From contig NC_087437.1 of NCBI RefSeq assembly GCF_036321535.1, forward strand, positions 59,770,001 through 59,834,000: a DNA stretch of 64,000 bases, read 5' to 3'. Made by a program: the position numbers and the translations under genes. The number at the start of each line of letters is the position of its first letter. Positions within the stretch are counted from its first letter, which is position 1. Origin of the DNA: Camelus dromedarius (lineage: Eukaryota). Below the pieces are notes generated by a model. It was not told the DNA's origin and did no database searches. It saw only the letters and a list, made by a program, of their open reading frames with translations. Positions 26,314 through 39,620 of this stretch are shown piece after piece.

Positions 26314-28949
26314 GTGCACCCGTTCCTGCACTGAAGAATGATGAATTATGAAAAGGTCACAATGTGGGGAGTCCTTGCCATCCTCCATCAACACTTTCAA
26401 CTAACTCACAAGGTGCTGGAGGGGCAGACCCGCCACTCTGCTACGCTGCTGTTTCCAGCAAACTGCCTGCCAGGTGTGAATCTGGCAATGAGATGTGACA
26501 TATTCTTTCCTCTCTCGAGAACCCATCAGAATGGCCACCAGTCACGACAGCCAAGCTGCGCACAAACTCAGCCCTTCTTCTCTATCGAAACCACTGATAG
26601 GCCGTTGTTGCTACCACCGCCACCACCACCATTGTCACCACCCGGAGAAATTAAGGCTCAGACCAACGGCATGGGTCCCCCATGGGGACGGAGGTCAGCG
26701 ACCTCCTCTTTCCCTGATCCTCTTCATCTTCTGGGGTGCCTCCTGGGGCCCCGTCCTGGATTGGCTCGGTCCTTGTGGGTAAAGGACATGGTGGAGAGCA
26801 CATCACAGGCCACACGTATAAAGGGAAACGGTCATCTCCTTCTGTACTCAGGGCTGGAGCTGTCATTCCCCGTCCCAGCCTCCTCATCAGGGAAAAACAC
26901 ATCTCCAGGGAGAGAAAATTCACTCCGCTCTGGACAACACATTCCATTTTCTGAAAACTCCGCTTTTTAGTGAGTTCTTTTTTTGACATTATGCTGAATT
27001 TCACCCCATCCAAGCTTCTACTCTCTGATCTAAGCCCTGCCCCCTGGAGCCAGAAGGAACAAGCGCATTTCCTCTCTTGCATGAAGACAGGGATCATGCC
27101 CCCATGGGTTCTCTCTTATCTTGACTAAACATCCCCAGTTCCTCAGACTGGTGCTGAGCATGCATCTCAGGAATTTCCTGATGGCAGGTCAGGCTGTTAC
27201 TCCAGCAGTGAAGCACAGGATTCTGAGAGGACATGGGCAAAGCCCCCCAAAGGAACAACCCTGCACCAGCTGTTGCAGGAGAAATCTGAAGGACATGGAG
27301 CAGGCTGGGGAGGAAGGCAGCCCCAGGGCCCCTTCCAGTTCCCCAAGAGCCCTCCTCCAGAGAACGAGGAAGCAGCCCATGGCCGGCACTCCAGCGCAAA
27401 TCACTGCCACTCAGCTTCCACACTCAGCCCCACACGCACTCCGCCGAGCTTGTCTGGCCTGATTACACAGGGAAGGCTGCACGGATGAAGCCAGATGTGG
27501 ACAAGGCAGGAGGAATGGGAAAAGGCAATCAAGCTGTGTGTCCTCCAGAAGGCAAATGAGCATCCTGGTTCCCTACGATTGCCTGTCAAAGGGTTGTGCG
27601 CTGGGGCTGGGCGACGGCACTGGGCCCACCAGACTCACCGGCTGGCAGTGGGCGCCTGGGCCACCACGGGAGGAATGGACCAATTCTGAATTAGAGAGAT
27701 CTGGGGCTGGAGTTTCAGAGCCCCAGTCCTAGAAAGAGCTTTCAAGGATAAAGACAATATGGGTCCACAGTGCTTTAGAATTTCCTAAGAAGTGGAGGCA
27801 GGCAGCTTTCAAAATTTCACTCCTTGAAGGAGGAACCTGAGTAGGGTTCTAAGAGTGCTGTGTTCGCCGAGGCTCTGCTAGTTCTTAGCTGAGCAGCATC
27901 GGGCAGGTCACTTCACCGCTTCGAACCTCGGTTCTGCCTTTGAAAAAATAGAGACGGCTTCTGAATAATGAAACAGAAATAAAAATCCAATAAGGGAAAT
28001 TACCGTGTACACTGGATTGCTATACAAGTATCACTTTGTGACTTTACTATCCCTGCTGAGGACAAGCATTGAAGGTAGTCAGTAAGAGACCTGGGAGCTA
28101 GTAACTAGTACGAAACGAGGGTGACTAGGTGACAGCTTTCAGCCACTTCTCCAGCAAGATGAAAAGAATGGATGAGATAGAACTGAGTGAGTGTTAAAGG
28201 CGATTATAGCCCAGGCCCCGCACAGCCTGACACTAAGATGGCCTAACGACATTCCACAGCCATCAGCTGGATGCTCCCGAGAGAGAAGGAGCTGGTTCAT
28301 CCCCGCTTCAGAACAATGCTGAGTCTCCTGAATGCCTCTTTTGTTCCATGCAGCACAAAAATTGCAAACATTTTTTTAACTACCCTGTGTTTTTGTAGCT
28401 GTTTGTTCTTTTCTCAAAGGTCCTAAGAGCACAGAAAGGCTTCCAAGAACAATCGCTGGTAACCTGCTCTGTGCAGTTGAAACAACAAGGCTGAGGGTTC
28501 CTGGAAGGAGGGAAGGCAGGCAGAGGGTCCAGGCAGGGCGGGTGGGGTGCAGCCCCGTCCCTGTGCTCCCCCTACTACAGGAAGTTCCCGTTGGGTCTGC
28601 AGGATTCCTGCGGGATGACTGGGGCACTTGCCACATTTCTCCAAGATCAGATTCCAGTCAAAACTCACATAGTCTCCTCTTTGCTCTCTGAAAAGGGAAA
28701 ACTTATGTTTCTATCCCATCTTCTGTCTAAAGCCTCCATCAAGACCCCTGAAAGGGGGTGGTCTGCTCAAAGAAGGGAAGAGCCCAGACGTTTACCCAAG
28801 GGCCTCACGCCTCCTACCCTGCTGCTGCAGCTGTCCATCCTCTCGGGGTGTCCTCCCTCCAGATACCACTGTCACTCCTCTGCTGCCCAGGTGCCCCCAC
28901 ACGGACCACAGAGAAGGCCAGCTTGGTGAAGTGCCTCAGACCATGCATG

Positions 28950-29158
28950 GAATCCTGGCTCCACCATTTCCTGGCTCCGTGGCTGACCCTGAGTGAGCAT
29001 GTAAACAATCTGTGCCTCAGTTATCTCATTATGGAAAATGGGGTAATATCAATCATGATTTCATACAACTGCTGTGAGGATTTAATAACATTCCATGTAA
29101 AGTGCTTAGCACACTGCCCAGCACAGGGTGCACCCCAGTAAATGTTATCGTTATCATT
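28950..29158 (+). mobile_element. MIR SINE
   Basis: gaatcctggctccacca...ctgtgcctcagttatctcatt...tgtgaggatttaa...atgtaaagtgcttagcaca...cagtaaatgtta. Confidence 0.85.
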
Positions 29159-32100
29159 CCCATCAGCAAGAGCAGTGCAAGCACAGCATCTCAGTATTGC
29201 TATTAGTGCCACGAGCATTACGAACATCCCATCTGCGTTCTCCTCAGGTGAATGGGGTCTATGAAGAGTGCTTAGGAATTGCTAAAAAGCAAAAGCTCAG
29301 TACCTGTTTCCATCAGTCTAATTTCATTCTCAATGTCCCTTCTCTGAGCACCTACTATGTGGGGTCATGGAGGGGAGAGCAGGGTGAGCCCGACACCAGC
29401 CCTCAGGGTGCTTACAACACTGGAAGAACTCAGAGTGGGGACTCGGAGTGGGGTGGGAGGGGGTGTGAGGCCCTGGGCCGGCTCAGCTTCTGCACCCCGT
29501 GCCCCTCCCCTCGCCAGAGCTTCCATGGAGTCAGGGCCCCAGGACTTGTTTCCTGGAACCCTCACCAGCCACCGGGCAGTGCTCCCTGTTCTGTGGTCAC
29601 AGGCAGGGTTGTAAGTGTCATGAATTGGGGGTGTCAAGATTGGAGCCAGGGGGCCCCTGCTTGAGCCTGTACCCTACAGCCCAGACACCTGCACCCACAG
29701 CATCCTCAGCTCAGCTGACACGCTGCCCCCTGGAGACACCGCACTTATTAGAAGTCTCACTGAGCTACATGGGGCCTTGGAGTCACCCTGGGGGTCTGAC
29801 CCTGCCAAGCCAGCCAGGCATCTGTCTGTCTTTACACCTAAGGATGTGGCTAACCCTCCCCTCAGGCCGGCCTGGGCCCTGTCTGGCTGCAGCTCCCTAA
29901 GTCTTCCAGGTAGAATCTTGGCGAAGTATGGCCCCAGCTTAAAGTTTAAAACAGAAAGGTTAGGAGAGAAGGAGCCTCTAGTGCAGGAAGACGTGAGAGA
30001 AGTCTGGGTCCCTGTGTCAGAAGGGGTGGAGCGAGGACCCAGGACCCCGGCTTGTCCCTGCCATGCTCCTCTCCCTGCTCTCAGCCCTCACACCCTTCAG
30101 AGAGCCCGCAGAGCACAGGCCCTCTGGGCACTCGCCCCAGCCGGCTTTTCCCTCCCATCTGTCCCTACACTTCACTACAAATCTCCGTCAGCCACACAGA
30201 ATGTCCTCTGCTCCCTTAACTGGCTCTGCACCTTCTAACTACTGAGGTTTGGGGCTAAGACATGCTGGTTGTACACAGGAAAATGACACCCCAGACTAAA
30301 AAGGCTGAAAGCTTGTAGCTGAGACCACAGGGAAAACACAGAAGGCAGAATGTGCTTCAACCCAGCTCTGCCATCAACTGGCCCTGCGGCCTGAAACAAG
30401 GCTGCCCCCTCCAGGCCTCGGGGTCCTTGTCTATAAACAGTGGGTGTGGGGCCCAGACAGCCCCAAGGGCTCTTCTATCCCTGAGACTCCATGAGAAACT
30501 CAAGACCCCAGAGTCCTCGTTTGTCACCCCCACAACCCCCCGCATCCCCCCTATGCAGATGAGGAAGATGGGCTCTCTGATCAACCCACCACCCACCCCT
30601 TCTCTCCAGGCTCCAGGGGAAGGTGGAAAAACCAGCTCAGTGTCTCGCCAGGAAGTAGCCCAAGCCTGAGCGCGCAGCCAAGCCCAGCAGAGCCCACAGG
30701 AGGACGCGAAGGGCTGACTCCCAGACCCGCCTCCCCTGAGCAGCCGAGCTCGACTCCACTGGAGGCAAGACCCTTCAAGGCGAGAGGGGACTTGAGGTTT
30801 CAGCCAGCACTAATCACCACGAACGGGCCTGGAGGCTGACAGGAGGAGGGAGGACAGCCTGTTTGTTTTTTGTTTTGATTTTTTTTTAACTTATTGATGG
30901 CACATAACAAACAAAGCTGCCTCGCGGTCCCATCAGCGTGACTGCCAGGACGGATGTGCTACCCTTGGCGTCACAGAGCCTGAGAAGGAAAAGAGCGCCT
31001 GGTGTTCCAACATCACTGCACCTGGGACTGCCTGCAGTGTTCCAAGGAGCACGCTGTGCTCACTGTGCGCAGAGTGGGAGGCAGTGACCCACTGGGAAGG
31101 ACACGGGGCTGGGAGCCAGCAGGTCTGGGTACCGGGCAGGCTCTGCAATGAGCCAGCTGGGTAACCTTGACAGTCACTTCCTCTAGTCTCATTTTCCTAC
31201 ACTGGAAAATGAAGGAGCTGGACGAGATGATTTCTATGTTCTCATTCAGCTGGGACATTCTATAATTCTACTAAATGGGAATGAGAATCAGATCTAATCA
31301 GATAGAACTGATTCAACCAATATTTTTAGGTATCTCTAACTCGCAAAAAAAAAAAAAAGATCCTACATAACTTTTTCTGACTGACTAGGGATGCTAGAGA
31401 TAGAAGGAGTCTATCACGGTGGATAAGCCCCCCACCGCCCCAGCATGAGGGGCTCGCCTGAAACCTGCCGTTGGCATCCACTCCCCAGAGTCTCACTGTC
31501 AGCAAGCCCACCCACCCCTCCGAGCTGGCTGATATAATTAGAGTGAGATTAACCTGTATCAGTCTTCCCTCTTCCGAGTGATGAGGCTTTGGGGATTCTG
31601 GGAGAGCATGGAGGTACTGCTGCCTGAGTCATTAACTGCTCTAACATAACAGAGAACTCTCCCTGGAACATCTCTGGAGGCAGAAGACAAGTGGGTCCCA
31701 AAGGCTAGAAGGCCTGCGTCTGAAGAAGCTCGTTGGCTGAATTATTGATGAGACTCTGAATACTGCTCAAGTTTCCCATGACAGGTGGTTTTGCAAGCTG
31801 ATGGTTCTGAGCCAATTAAGAATGGCTGTGGATTCTGAGGCATTACCACCAATGGCGAATATCTTAAAATGTCTCCGGAACCTCCTGCAGGAAATTTGGT
31901 CAGCCATCAGCTCAGACACGGGTATGATAATCGCAAAGGAGGAAGGGGTACCAGATGCTACAGGCTGTGGGACCACTGCCCCACGCCAACTGTCCCCCAG
32001 CCCAGAGCATCACCAGAGCCCTAATTACAGAGCCCTAGTGCAGAGAGGGCATTCAAGGGTCTCTGGACCAGCAGGCTCTGTGGGGTCTCAAAGCCTCAAG

Positions 32101-32164
32101 AAAACAGATGCTATGTGAAAAAACGGAATTGGGTCCGAAAGTTTTTAAAAGGTTACATTCAACA

Positions 32165-32348
32165 AAGCTGGGCCAGACTGTGTGCTCTAGGACTTCTCAG
32201 AGCCTTTAATGTGCTCTACGAATCGAGAAGAGGGGAATAAAAAATATATATTTATGTTTATGTAAAATATTCAATTTCCCAAACTTATCTCATCATGAAA
32301 TTCTTTTCTCTGGGATTGGTTTTCCATGGAACTCACTTTGAGAGGTGT
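32165..32348. mobile_element. hAT-Charlie-type DNA transposon fragment (MER103-like; family uncertain)
   Basis: gacttctcagagcctttaatgtgct...tttcccaaacttat...ccatggaactcactttgag. Confidence 0.5.
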
Positions 32349-32669
32349 AGTCCTAGACCACACAGCCCTCATTTTGTAGATGAAGAGACTGAGGACCAGA
32401 GTGGTCACACAGTAAGCCAGAGCCAAAGTAGAGTCCCTTATGCTTAATGGTAATGTCCCAAGTGCTTGGCAGCTGCTTCAGGGCAAACTCCAATGCTTTC
32501 TCCAGGAACAGACAAGATAACCGGGGACCGAAATTCTTCTGGGAAAACAATGGGTATGAATCCAAGCCCTAGGACTGACTTGGAGGTAACAGCATGAGAG
32601 AGCTCTGAAACCTTTTTGGCTTGGCATAGAATAACACTTTTTTTCCTGATAGTAATTTGCTTTATGTTT

Positions 32670-32800
32670 CTATGTCTCTCCTGCTAGACTGTGAATTCCA
32701 TGGGGTAGGGACTCATCTGGTTTGTTCATGAATGCATCCCCAGTTCCTGGCACAGGGCCTGGCAAGCAGATAGCATTCAGTAAATATTTGCTGACTGATG
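32670..32800 (+). mobile_element. L2 3' end
   Basis: ctagactgtgaattccatggggtagggact...cctggcacagggcctggca...cagtaaatatttgctgactgatg. Confidence 0.8.
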
Positions 32801-35499
32801 GACTAATGAGCACATGCCTTAATATCTACTTCCAAGAACCCAAGACACCTTGAAAGTGAGCCCTCTTGTTTCCAGATGCAAAAGCCCCGTGGAGAAATGG
32901 ATACAAACTGTTCCTCAGCACTGTGGGGCTGCCCCTGCTGCTTGGGGATGTGATCGGCCAGGCTCCCACTAGAGCTGGCCAGAGGACAGAATGGGGTTGC
33001 TGGCCCCGGAAGGGCTGGAGTCTGAGCCAGCATGGGAACCATTTTTCATAGATGCAAGACTGGTATTTGCTACCAGTGATGCAGGGTGAGCAAGGCAGCC
33101 ATATGTTATCTGAAGTATGTGGGAGAAAACAGACGCAGTAGGAATAAAAGGCATTCCAATTGCATTCAGGCCAACCTAGGATCCATTAATTTATTACATA
33201 CTCACTAAGCAGTTACTCACAAGGAAAAAGAAAAACTGAAAGGCTTGATCCCCACCCTCAGGAAGCTAATAGCCTAGAACAAGAGAAGAGATGTGTATAG
33301 AAGTAACCACATAACAAGGAAGACAGTGTGACCAGAGATTTACAGAGAAACCCTTCCCCACAAACAAGACAAGGAGCCTGACTTTGAAAGTGGCACTGAG
33401 GTTAAAACTGGGGCCTGAAAAATGATGCTGGTAGCCTCCACTCCTCCCACACCTTTGACTAGAACAGTCCCAGAAAGGTAAGGGAGGCTGAAGTAAAGGT
33501 GGGGAAAGCCTGGGGCCTGGGTTCCTTTCATTCCCACCTCCTTCCTCTGGGGGCTCAGGAGTCAGGACGCTGTCCAGGGGGACAGCAGGTCCTGAACAAG
33601 AGTGTTGGGGAGGGAGTTTTGAGAACGGGGCGTAGCAGAGCCCGGGATGAACAGCAGGGCTGTGACAGCCACCCTCCCAGCCGGTCATCTGATTCAAACC
33701 CTTGGGGTGGAGAGTGATCCCCAGTCAGAATCCAAGCTCAGTGAATCCCCTGGTAGTACCAGGGGGCTCCACGTTTCCAAATGCAAATTATCCCAACAAC
33801 ACAAAGCAACCACTTTGCTTTTCAACCAAAACCCTGAAGTAAGCTGAAACGTGCATGATCAGAATCTTCAGCCGGGAGTGGAGTCAGACCAAAAGGCCCT
33901 GACGGTGCTGATCTGGAAACGGGGCTGAGCCCTGTGTGAGGACAACCCCAGGCATGACAGCAGCTTCAGTTCACCCACACCCATCTTCCACAACAGAGCC
34001 TATCAGACAGCAGTGCCCACCGACAGGGGAAGTGGGCAGAGGGCAGTTCTAGGGGAGACAGGCAAAGGAGAGCCCAATCCGTGAGTCCTTTCCTTCCTCT
34101 TTGTCACAAAATGGTTTCTCCTGAGGAGTGACAGCAAAAACAGGACAGTTCCTTCCCCTTGCTGGGAAGAATGTCTGGAGATGGAAATGAAAATATGGGG
34201 GCTGCTGTTCCTTGAGGGTTTAATACAGTCATAGGGGCTTCTTGAGCTAAACTAAGGTGGCTTTTAATACGCACACTCCCACTGAGGTCCCCCGAATGGG
34301 AGAGACCAGAGGAAAACAGTGTCTGCCCAGGAACCATGGTAGTGTGGCCTGAGAGGGGTCAGGCAGACAAGGGACACTGTGAAACCAACATAAAGATAAG
34401 TTACCTGGACTGCAGCTGGAGGAGTGGGTGCTCAGTCCAGCCAGGACCCAGACAAACGTACAGGAGCCTCACAGAGCTGCCCTCCAAGCGGGCAGGAGGC
34501 TGGCGCCTTCACCCCCGTTCCCATGCCCCACAGATGCCCAGGCCGAGCCTGAGCTCCCAGGAGACCGCTCACTACAACGGTACCTGAAATCCGAGCTGAC
34601 CCAGGGCATTTGACTCCACAGGCTTCTGCTGCAAAACATATCACACGTTTCACCGTATCTAATTTTTTTCTTGGTTTCCAAGAAGCTAACTGCTGAACTG
34701 AATCCTCAATCAAAGCAAATATCTTACTTTCTGCTTCCTCTTCCTACATTTTAAAGAATCTTTTCTTTTTTTTTTTAAATTTTAACCTTACCTACATCTC
34801 CTTTCTTAGATGCCACCTTAAAAATCTTTGCAAATAGATGGGGCCTAAGGTATAAATAAATCAACAGAAATATGTGAATTAAAATTTTGATTCAAGCAAC
34901 TTTTCCGCAAGTTCATGAAAACCCTTGAGATCCTTGAGAAAGACAGCAGGGAGGAGCACAAAACCAGGTCTAGGAATTACTGCTGTACGGCCGGCAAATG
35001 AAAAACGTCAACAGTGACAAATGGCCACATCACACACACACTCTGTAAGGTTATTTTTAAACTTCTCTTCTCCCTGAAGCAAGCTGATGCAGTTTTCTTT
35101 TCTTTTCTTTTCTCTCTCTCTCTCTTTTTTTTTATGAGTTGTATTCCACTCTTAATTCACCAAAGTGAGGTTGAGAAGCCCACTGCTGACGTCAGCCTGA
35201 GGCAGGTAAGGCCCCGCATGAAAGGCTGCCAGACCCCAGCCAGAAGGAGCCGCACCAGCACCACATTGATGGGTGGGGGTGTGTGTGTGGGGGGTAGGCA
35301 GCTGGTCATCCACATACCTCCCTGACACCGGGCTGGCCTGCAGGTGCAGACATGGCCGAGACATCGCCTGTGACTTGAGAATGCACGTCCAGTGGATGCT
35401 AACAGAATCACATTCCACCTGGCGATGGACGGTCAGAGTTGCCTCCCCGTTGGTAAACCAGATCGATCATTCTGCAATTCCATCATTGACTTAGTGAAC

Positions 35500-35590
35500 C
35501 TTCAAGGAGACTCTGTGTGCCGAGCACTGTGTTGAGTGCTGGATACATAAAGATGATGAAGACAGAATTCCTGTTCTCTAGGAAGGAGCT
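35500..35590 (-). mobile_element. L2 3' fragment
   Basis: tgtgtgccgagcactgtgttgagtgctggatacataaagatgatgaagacag. Confidence 0.55.
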
Positions 35591-36819
35591 CATGGATTTG
35601 GACTGGACCTCTCAACTCTGACATTCTCCAGTTCTGTGACAGTCTTGGCAAGGACCCCATAGGACAAAGTGACTTCCAGGGAAGGAAGCATGCGGGGACA
35701 GAGCGTCCATTCTTGAGAAAGAGGTGATACAGAAAAACAGAGAGCCCTGAAGTGTCCCTCCTCTCTCCCTCAATCTGATCCAACCCTCCTCTCCCTGGAG
35801 AAAACAGACGGTCAGCAACAAGGCCACATGTCTGTCAGCTGGAGGGAGGGAGGGGATTTCGCCTCTCAGAAGCCCTCGTTCTGCCCTGGTTGCCTAGTGG
35901 AAAAACACTGGAAATCTGGTGGGAGGTGATTTGATTTCCCTGCCTAGTTGTGATGCAATTATGATGCTATGATGCAGAGGGGCCGGAACACTCTCACAGG
36001 GAAGCAGAAAGAAAGAGTCCTTTTATCTTCGTAGGTACCATTCTGCAGATGGAGTGTAGCACCAACACCCGGGTCTATTTTAGAGAATGTTCTCCTTGTG
36101 GATTTTCAGAACTAGATTAAGAAACGAAAAGAAGAGGGCCTGAGAGGTAAAGGTGGGAGGAGCCTGAAGGACTTGGGCTGGGCATCATCTTTCAGGAGAG
36201 TCCTTGGGAAAAGCCTTCTCCACCACAGCTCCCCAGAAACTCTGAATGTTCAGTAATTCAGTGCTTGAAAAAAAGGCTTTGTGAAGGCAGGGACAGAAAA
36301 ACCAAAATCTAAGCTTTCAGAATTCTCTCACCGTGGACAGATGATCAGAAATGAATTTGAAGTGTCTCTGAAATGATGATGTAAATCATCAAAAGAGGTG
36401 ATTGTGCAAATGTGGAATCTCCCATCACACAAGGTGATGGACTATCAGAACTAGAAGGCAGTGTAAAGGTCAGTAAATCCACCTCCTTGTTGCACAGACA
36501 GTGAAACCAGAGTCCAGAGGACTGTAAGAGGCTGGCTTGCCAGGAGCCCCAGGCCCACAGGGACAGTGACCTGTGACAGCACTGGTGAAGGCAGACGGCC
36601 TATGTAAGCATGGACAGCTCAGACTCGGAGCAGCCACCAGGAGGCAACTGACCAACCAAAGCCTGCACGTCCCCCAGTGCCTCTAGTTTACAAACGGGCA
36701 CCAGCACCCACCAGAATGTCTGAGCCAGAACCCTGGGTGGCACCCTTTACCCCATGTCACCCTCAGCCTCCTCCTCAACTCCCCCTCCCTAAATTTCACC
36801 CCATCCCAGGTTTTCATGT

Positions 36820-37335
36820 TTTCACTCCTCTCCAATCTAATCCCCATCATGCAGCCAACTTGACCTTCCTAAAATGAAAAACCAGGGATTTTCATGCAGA
36901 ATAAAGAACAAATGCCTTTGTGTGGTTTCAGAGGTGCTCCCAGTCTGACCCTTACCCTGCCCACCTTGGCGCCCTGGACTGGACTCTCCCAGTTCCCTGA
37001 AGCACCTCAGCCACTCCCCACGCAGCTCCCTTTACCTAAGGTGTACTTTCTTCTCAGTCAACTCCTACTTGTCTTCCAGTAAGTCACCTTTCCCTGATGC
37101 CTTCCCTGATTACTCCTAGTTGAGTTCAAGGGCCTCTCTGATGTGTTTACAGAGCCCTTCATCACAATACTAATCCATTACTTGCTTACGTGAATGTCTC
37201 CCCCTTGTACTAGAAGCTCCGTGATGGGGAAGACTTATTTCTGTCTCTTCAGATCCTAAAACACTGGCACACAATAGATGTTTGCTGGGAAAGGATGACT
37301 GACTGACTGGAAGGCTAAATGAATGAATGAATGAA
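36820..37335 (+). mobile_element. L2 3' region with (TGAA)n tail
   Basis: gccttccctgatta...ctagaagctccgtgatgggga...ctggcacacaatagatg...aaatgaatgaatgaatgaa. Confidence 0.7.
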
Positions 37336-37675
37336 AGCCACCACTTACACTGAAAGATTAGTAGAGCTGCCTTGTCCCATGGCCAACAAAGAAATCCAAA
37401 TGCAAGCTGAGTCTTTTTAATTCTCTTGGAAAGTAAAAGGGCAGCTCGATCATAAAAATGAAATAAAAATTTTCATCTTTAAAAAGTGACTTTATAACGT
37501 ATCTGTCAGCACTTACGTGTGTTCCATTCTGGAAAAAAATATTGCTTGGGGGAAAGGTGGTAGGCTACAGGCAGACAGGGATGGCATTAAAAGATGTCTC
37601 CTTCCATGAAAAACAGAGTTTAGCACATACACTGATGTCTACACTTACACTGCAGCCATATACCTACTCCTACCC

Positions 37676-38475
37676 TTTTTTTTGATAATGGTTTTATCTA
37701 CACATAATTCACAAATTATACAATCAACCCATGTAAAGTATAAAATGTAATGGTCTTTAGTATATTTACAGATACTGTGTAGGTATCACCAATCAACTTT
37801 AGAGCATTTTCATTACCTCGAAAAGAAACCCAGTACCCTTGAGCTATCATTCCCACAAACCTCCCCAACCCAACCACCCCAGCCCTGAGCAACTACTTTG
37901 GCCTATTCTGGACATTTCATATAAACAGAAGCATATAAAATGTGGTCTTTTGTGACTTGCTCCTTTCATTCAGCATAATGTTTTCAAGGTTCACCCATGT
38001 TGTAGCATATGTCAATACTTCATTCCTTTTTAATGGCCAAGTAGTATTTGCCCTTATGTGGATATGCCACATTTTGCTTATCCACTCATCAATTGATGGA
38101 TATTTGGGTTGTTTCCACCTTGTGCCTATTTGAGTAATGCTGCTATGAACACTCATGTACAAGTTTTTGGGTGGTCATACATTTTTCAATCTTTTGGGCA
38201 TATACCTAGGGGTAGAAAGGCCGGGTTCCATGGTAACTCTATGTTTAACTTTTTGAGGAACTGTTTTCCAAAGTGACCACACCATTTTACATTCCCATCA
38301 GCAGTGTGTGAAGGTTCCAATTTCTCTATATCCTCGCCAACACTTGTATTGACTTTTTGATTATAGTCATCCTAGTAGGTGTGCAGTGGTATCTCACTAT
38401 GGTTTTGATTTCTTGATGACTGATGACTAATAATGTCAAGCATCTTTTCGTGCTTTTTGGCCATTTGTATATCTC
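37676..38475 (-). mobile_element. L1MB-type 3' fragment, sense to XXYLT1
   Basis: T-run, then tctggacatttcatataaa...ttcattcagcataatgttttcaaggttcacccatgttgtagcat...tgatggatatttgggttgtttccac...ccaccattttacattcccatcagcagtg. Confidence 0.92.
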
Positions 38476-38514
38476 CCCTACCTTTGTATCAGGCTCAGCA
38501 AATGCTCAGTATAA

Positions 38515-38646
38515 ATAGCCAAGACATGGAAATAACCCAGGTGCCAAAAAACAGATGACTTGAAAAATATATATATATAATTGAATCACTTTCCTGTATA
38601 CCTGAAACTGATACAATATTGTAAATTAATTATACTTCAAATTTAA
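38515..38646 (+). mobile_element. Internally deleted L1 3' fragment with TSD
   Basis: Two non-adjacent L1 segments joined at 38560/38561. Flanked by aaatgctcagtataa (38500-38514) and aaatactcagtgtaa (38647-38661). Confidence 0.8.
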
Positions 38647-38889
38647 AAATACTCAGTGTAATACACTTTTCCCAGGACTTCTGGTAGATCTCTGGGTCCC
38701 TCTCTGAGGAATGTCGGGTACAGCTCCAGCAGCCCCCCAATGGGGAGGACTCACCCACTAGCACCTTTAGAGATGACTGTGGAGCTGACTTTGAAGGTGC
38801 AATGATTCAACTCAACTGACAGGGGACTGTGCAGCCTGCTCTCTTCTAGAAACTGCAGGTGGGGCGGGGCTGGGCTGGGCATGAAAGGT

Positions 38890-39620
38890 ACAGAGATGAG
38901 TGAGGGTAGTACTTGCTTGCTTTCAAAAACTTTATAGTCGAAGATGACTGGATAAAGAAGATGTGGTACATTTATACAATGGAATACTATTTAGCCATAA
39001 AAATGACAACATAACACCATTTGCAGCAACATGGATGTCCCTGGAGAATGTCATTCTAAGTGAAGTAACCCAGAAAGAGAAAGAAAAATACCATATGAGA
39101 TCACTAATAAGTGGAATCTAAAAAAAAAGGACATAAATACAAAATAGAAACTCATAGACATAGAATACAAACTTGTGGTTGCCAAGGGGGAGGGGGTGGG
39201 AAGGGACAGACTGGGAGTTCATAATTTGTAGACTGACAGGCATATGTAGAATAGATAAATAAGATTATACTGTATAGCACAGGGAAATATATACAAGATC
39301 TGGTGGTAGCTCACAGTGAAAAAAACATGACAATGAATATATGTATGTTCACGTATAACTGAAAAATTGTGCTCTACACTGGAAATTGACACAACATTAT
39401 AAAAGGACTATAACACAATTAAAAAACTGTAAAAAATAAACAAAAACCAAAAAACTTTATAGTCGAGCTGTGGTGACACCAGAGCTATAGGCAAAGAGTT
39501 TCAGGAGCAAAGGGCAAGGAAGATGTACTTCCAGCTTAGGGGTGGTATGTTTGTAGATCAGGGAAGGCTTCGTGGAAGTAGTTGTGTTTGAACTCAGCTT
39601 ACAAAGCAAGCAGCTGGAGC
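38890..39620 (-). mobile_element. L2 fragment interrupted by the young L1
   Basis: Rejoining the flanks gives acagagatgag...cttgctttcaaaaactttatagtc...tcagggaaggcttcgtggaag...tttgaactcag, an L2-like reverse complement. Confidence 0.55.
38942..39449 (+). mobile_element. Young 5'-truncated L1 3' UTR (camelid-type) with perfect 17-bp TSD, inserted in an L2
   Basis: TSD aaaaactttatagtcga at 38925-38941 and 39450-39466, a tttc/aaaaa endonuclease-type site, and an A-rich tail. 3' end cacagggaaatatatacaagatc...gtagctcacag...aaaattgtgctctacactgga. Confidence 0.95.

Noticed and set aside
26338..26970. 210-aa ORF with a polyproline run
   Set aside because: The run comes from an imperfect (CCA)n microsatellite; there is no other protein signal
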